NCBI GenBank assembly: GCA_903838295.1
Contig: CAILXX010000007.1
Coordinates: 489 to 64,488 of the forward strand
Length of the DNA stretch: 64,000 bases
From: an uncultured Actinomycetes bacterium
GTDB taxonomy: Bacteria; Actinomycetota; Actinomycetes; Nanopelagicales; Nanopelagicaceae
Direction of reading: 5' to 3'
Part shown: positions 62,805 through 64,000 of the stretch, in pieces
Layout: every line of letters begins with the position of its first letter
Numbering within the stretch: position 1 is the stretch's first letter
Position numbers and translations under genes: made by a program
Notes under the pieces: model-generated
Database searches by the model: none
What the model was told of the DNA's origin: nothing
The model's input: the letters and a program-made list of their open reading frames with translations, nothing else

Positions 62805-64000
62805 ATGAATTCCTCTGCTTGGTGGCGTGATGCCGCAATTTATCAGGTCTATCCCCGTTCCTTCCGGGACAGCAATGGTGATGGTGAAGGTGACCTGCAA
62901 GGTGTAATTGCCGGTCTTCCATATCTTGCAGATCTAGGTATTGATGCAATTTGGTTGAGTCCGTTCTATAAGTCTCCCAATAACGATGGTGGATACGATG
63001 TTGCGGATCCACGCGATGTAGATCCACGCTTTGGAACTCTCGCTGATGCTAAAGAACTCATCGAAGCTGCGCATAGCCACGGCATTAAATTTATTACTGA
63101 TATCGTCCCAAATCATTTCTCATCCGAACATCTTTGGTTTCAAGAAGCCCTGACTTCAGGGAAGGGTTCTGTAGCGCGTTCTCGCTTCCACTTCTATGAT
63201 GGACGTGGCGAGAATGGCGAGATTCCGCCAAATAACTGGATCTCAATCTTTAGAGGTCCTGCTTGGAGTCGCACTCCAGATGGTCAGTGGTACCTCCACC
63301 TCTTTGATTCAAGCCAGCCAGATCTTAATTGGGATAACCCCGATGTTATGGCTGATTTTGAAAAAACTCTACGCTACTGGCTTGATTTAGGCGTCGATGG
63401 ATTCCGTATCGATGTGGCGCATGGTTCGGTTAAAGAGAGCATATTGGTGGATCACCGCGATCCAGAACGCCTTGTCGATGCGTTGCGCTTGGATTTTCTT
63501 GATATCTCAGAAGAAGAGCGATCCGGCTTACTCAGCGATATTCCATTCTTCGATCGCGAAGGCGTTCATGAAGTTTACAAGAAGTGGCGCGCCATTCTCG
63601 ATGAGTACAGCGGTGAGCGCATGAGCGTTGCCGAAGCATTTGTGTATCCATCAAGTCGAGCTGCTCGATATGTTCGTGAGGGCGAACTTCATCAAGTCTT
63701 TAACTTTAATTTCATGATGTTGGGTTGGGACGCAGCTGCGATGCGCGCTAGTATCGAGCGCACCCTCGCGGAGTTAGTAGATGTAAAAGCCCCTGCAACA
63801 TGGGTTCTGAACAATCACGACACTCCACGCGTCCTCACTCGCATTGGCGGAGTCCGCAAGGCTCGTGCTCTGGCGATGTTAATCCACGCTCTACCTGGTG
63901 GTGTTTACATTTTTCAAGGTGAAGAACTCGGGTTACCAAGTGCTGATCTTCCAGATGCTGCCCGACAAGACCCAGCATTTATTCGAAGTGGCGGAACCGA
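62805..64000 (+). CDS. GH13 alpha-glucosidase / oligo-1,6-glucosidase-like, 3' end outside window
   Basis: Translated by hand: MNSSAWWRDAAIYQVYPRSFRDSNGDGEGDLQG, DAIWLSPFYKSPNNDGGYD, DIVPNHFS and GVDGFRIDVAH. The frame stays open to nt 64000, and it is absent from the ORF track because no stop lies in the window. Confidence 0.9.
   Translation, partial: MNSSAWWRDAAIYQVYPRSFRDSNGDGEGDLQGVIAGLPYLADLGIDAIWLSPFYKSPNNDGGYDVADPRDVDPRFGTLADAKELIEAAHSHGIKFITDIVPNHFSSEHLWFQEALTSGKGSVARSRFHFYDGRGENGEIPPNNWISIFRGPAWSRTPDGQWYLHLFDSSQPDLNWDNPDVMADFEKTLRYWLDLGVDGFRIDVAHGSVKESILVDHRDPERLVDALRLDFLDISEEERSGLLSDIPFFDREGVHEVYKKWRAILDEYSGERMSVAEAFVYPSSRAARYVREGELHQVFNFNFMMLGWDAAAMRASIERTLAELVDVKAPATWVLNNHDTPRVLTRIGGVRKARALAMLIHALPGGVYIFQGEELGLPSADLPDAARQDPAFIRSGGT

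Noticed and set aside
1-64000. Defence systems, prophage, toxin-antitoxin pairs, secondary-metabolite clusters
   Set aside because: I recognised no nucleases, methyltransferases, reverse transcriptases, STAND/AAA defence ATPases, phage structural genes, small paired TA-like ORFs or PKS/NRPS/RiPP enzymes in any frame.

Overview
This 64-kb chromosomal window holds about 56 protein genes and one tRNA. I saw no rRNA, CRISPR array, transposase, integrase or recognisable defence system. The gene content suggests a streamlined medium/low-GC actinobacterium, which is inference only. The supporting features are an MFS-fused tmk, holB, tRNA-Thr, murT/gatD, an LCP ligase, a TAP-like secreted hydrolase, many 1-4 nt stop/start overlaps and many TAnnnT-N6-ATG leaderless starts.

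Layout:
- 1-4.4 kb: a phosphoesterase plus a low-GC islet. The islet carries a YHYH-domain secreted protein with a perfect 45-bp tandem repeat.
- 4.6-20 kb: housekeeping and transport genes. These are MFS-tmk, holB, a secreted hydrolase, tRNA-Thr, a fused FAD/Fe-S dehydrogenase, a heterodimeric ABC exporter, an APC permease and a protein with six Ig-like repeats.
- 20-50.7 kb: a dense catabolic block.
- 50.8-64 kb: murT/gatD, a DEAD-box helicase, an LCP-DUF606-TetR operon, an MFS transporter, an HtrA-like protease, an ABC-F protein, galT and a GH13 glucosidase cut by the window end.

The main candidate system is the 22.5-50.7 kb block. A 14-bp LacI-type palindrome, TGCAA(A/T)CGATTGC(A/G), occurs five times. 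Every copy sits in one of the few sizeable intergenic gaps, and the one perfect copy lies next to the only LacI-family gene. Together the sites could wire about 23 genes into one regulon of unknown substrate. Those genes include:
- three paralogous DHPON-hydrolase-like alpha/beta hydrolases;
- an ALS-like TPP enzyme and a creatininase-fold hydrolase;
- a Liv-type ABC importer;
- an ACAD, a DapA-like lyase and a CocE/NonD hydrolase;
- a DddP-like M24 enzyme;
- an orphan fused E1 alpha-beta, plus several reductases.

All family calls come from motifs read in the supplied translations. No database search was possible.
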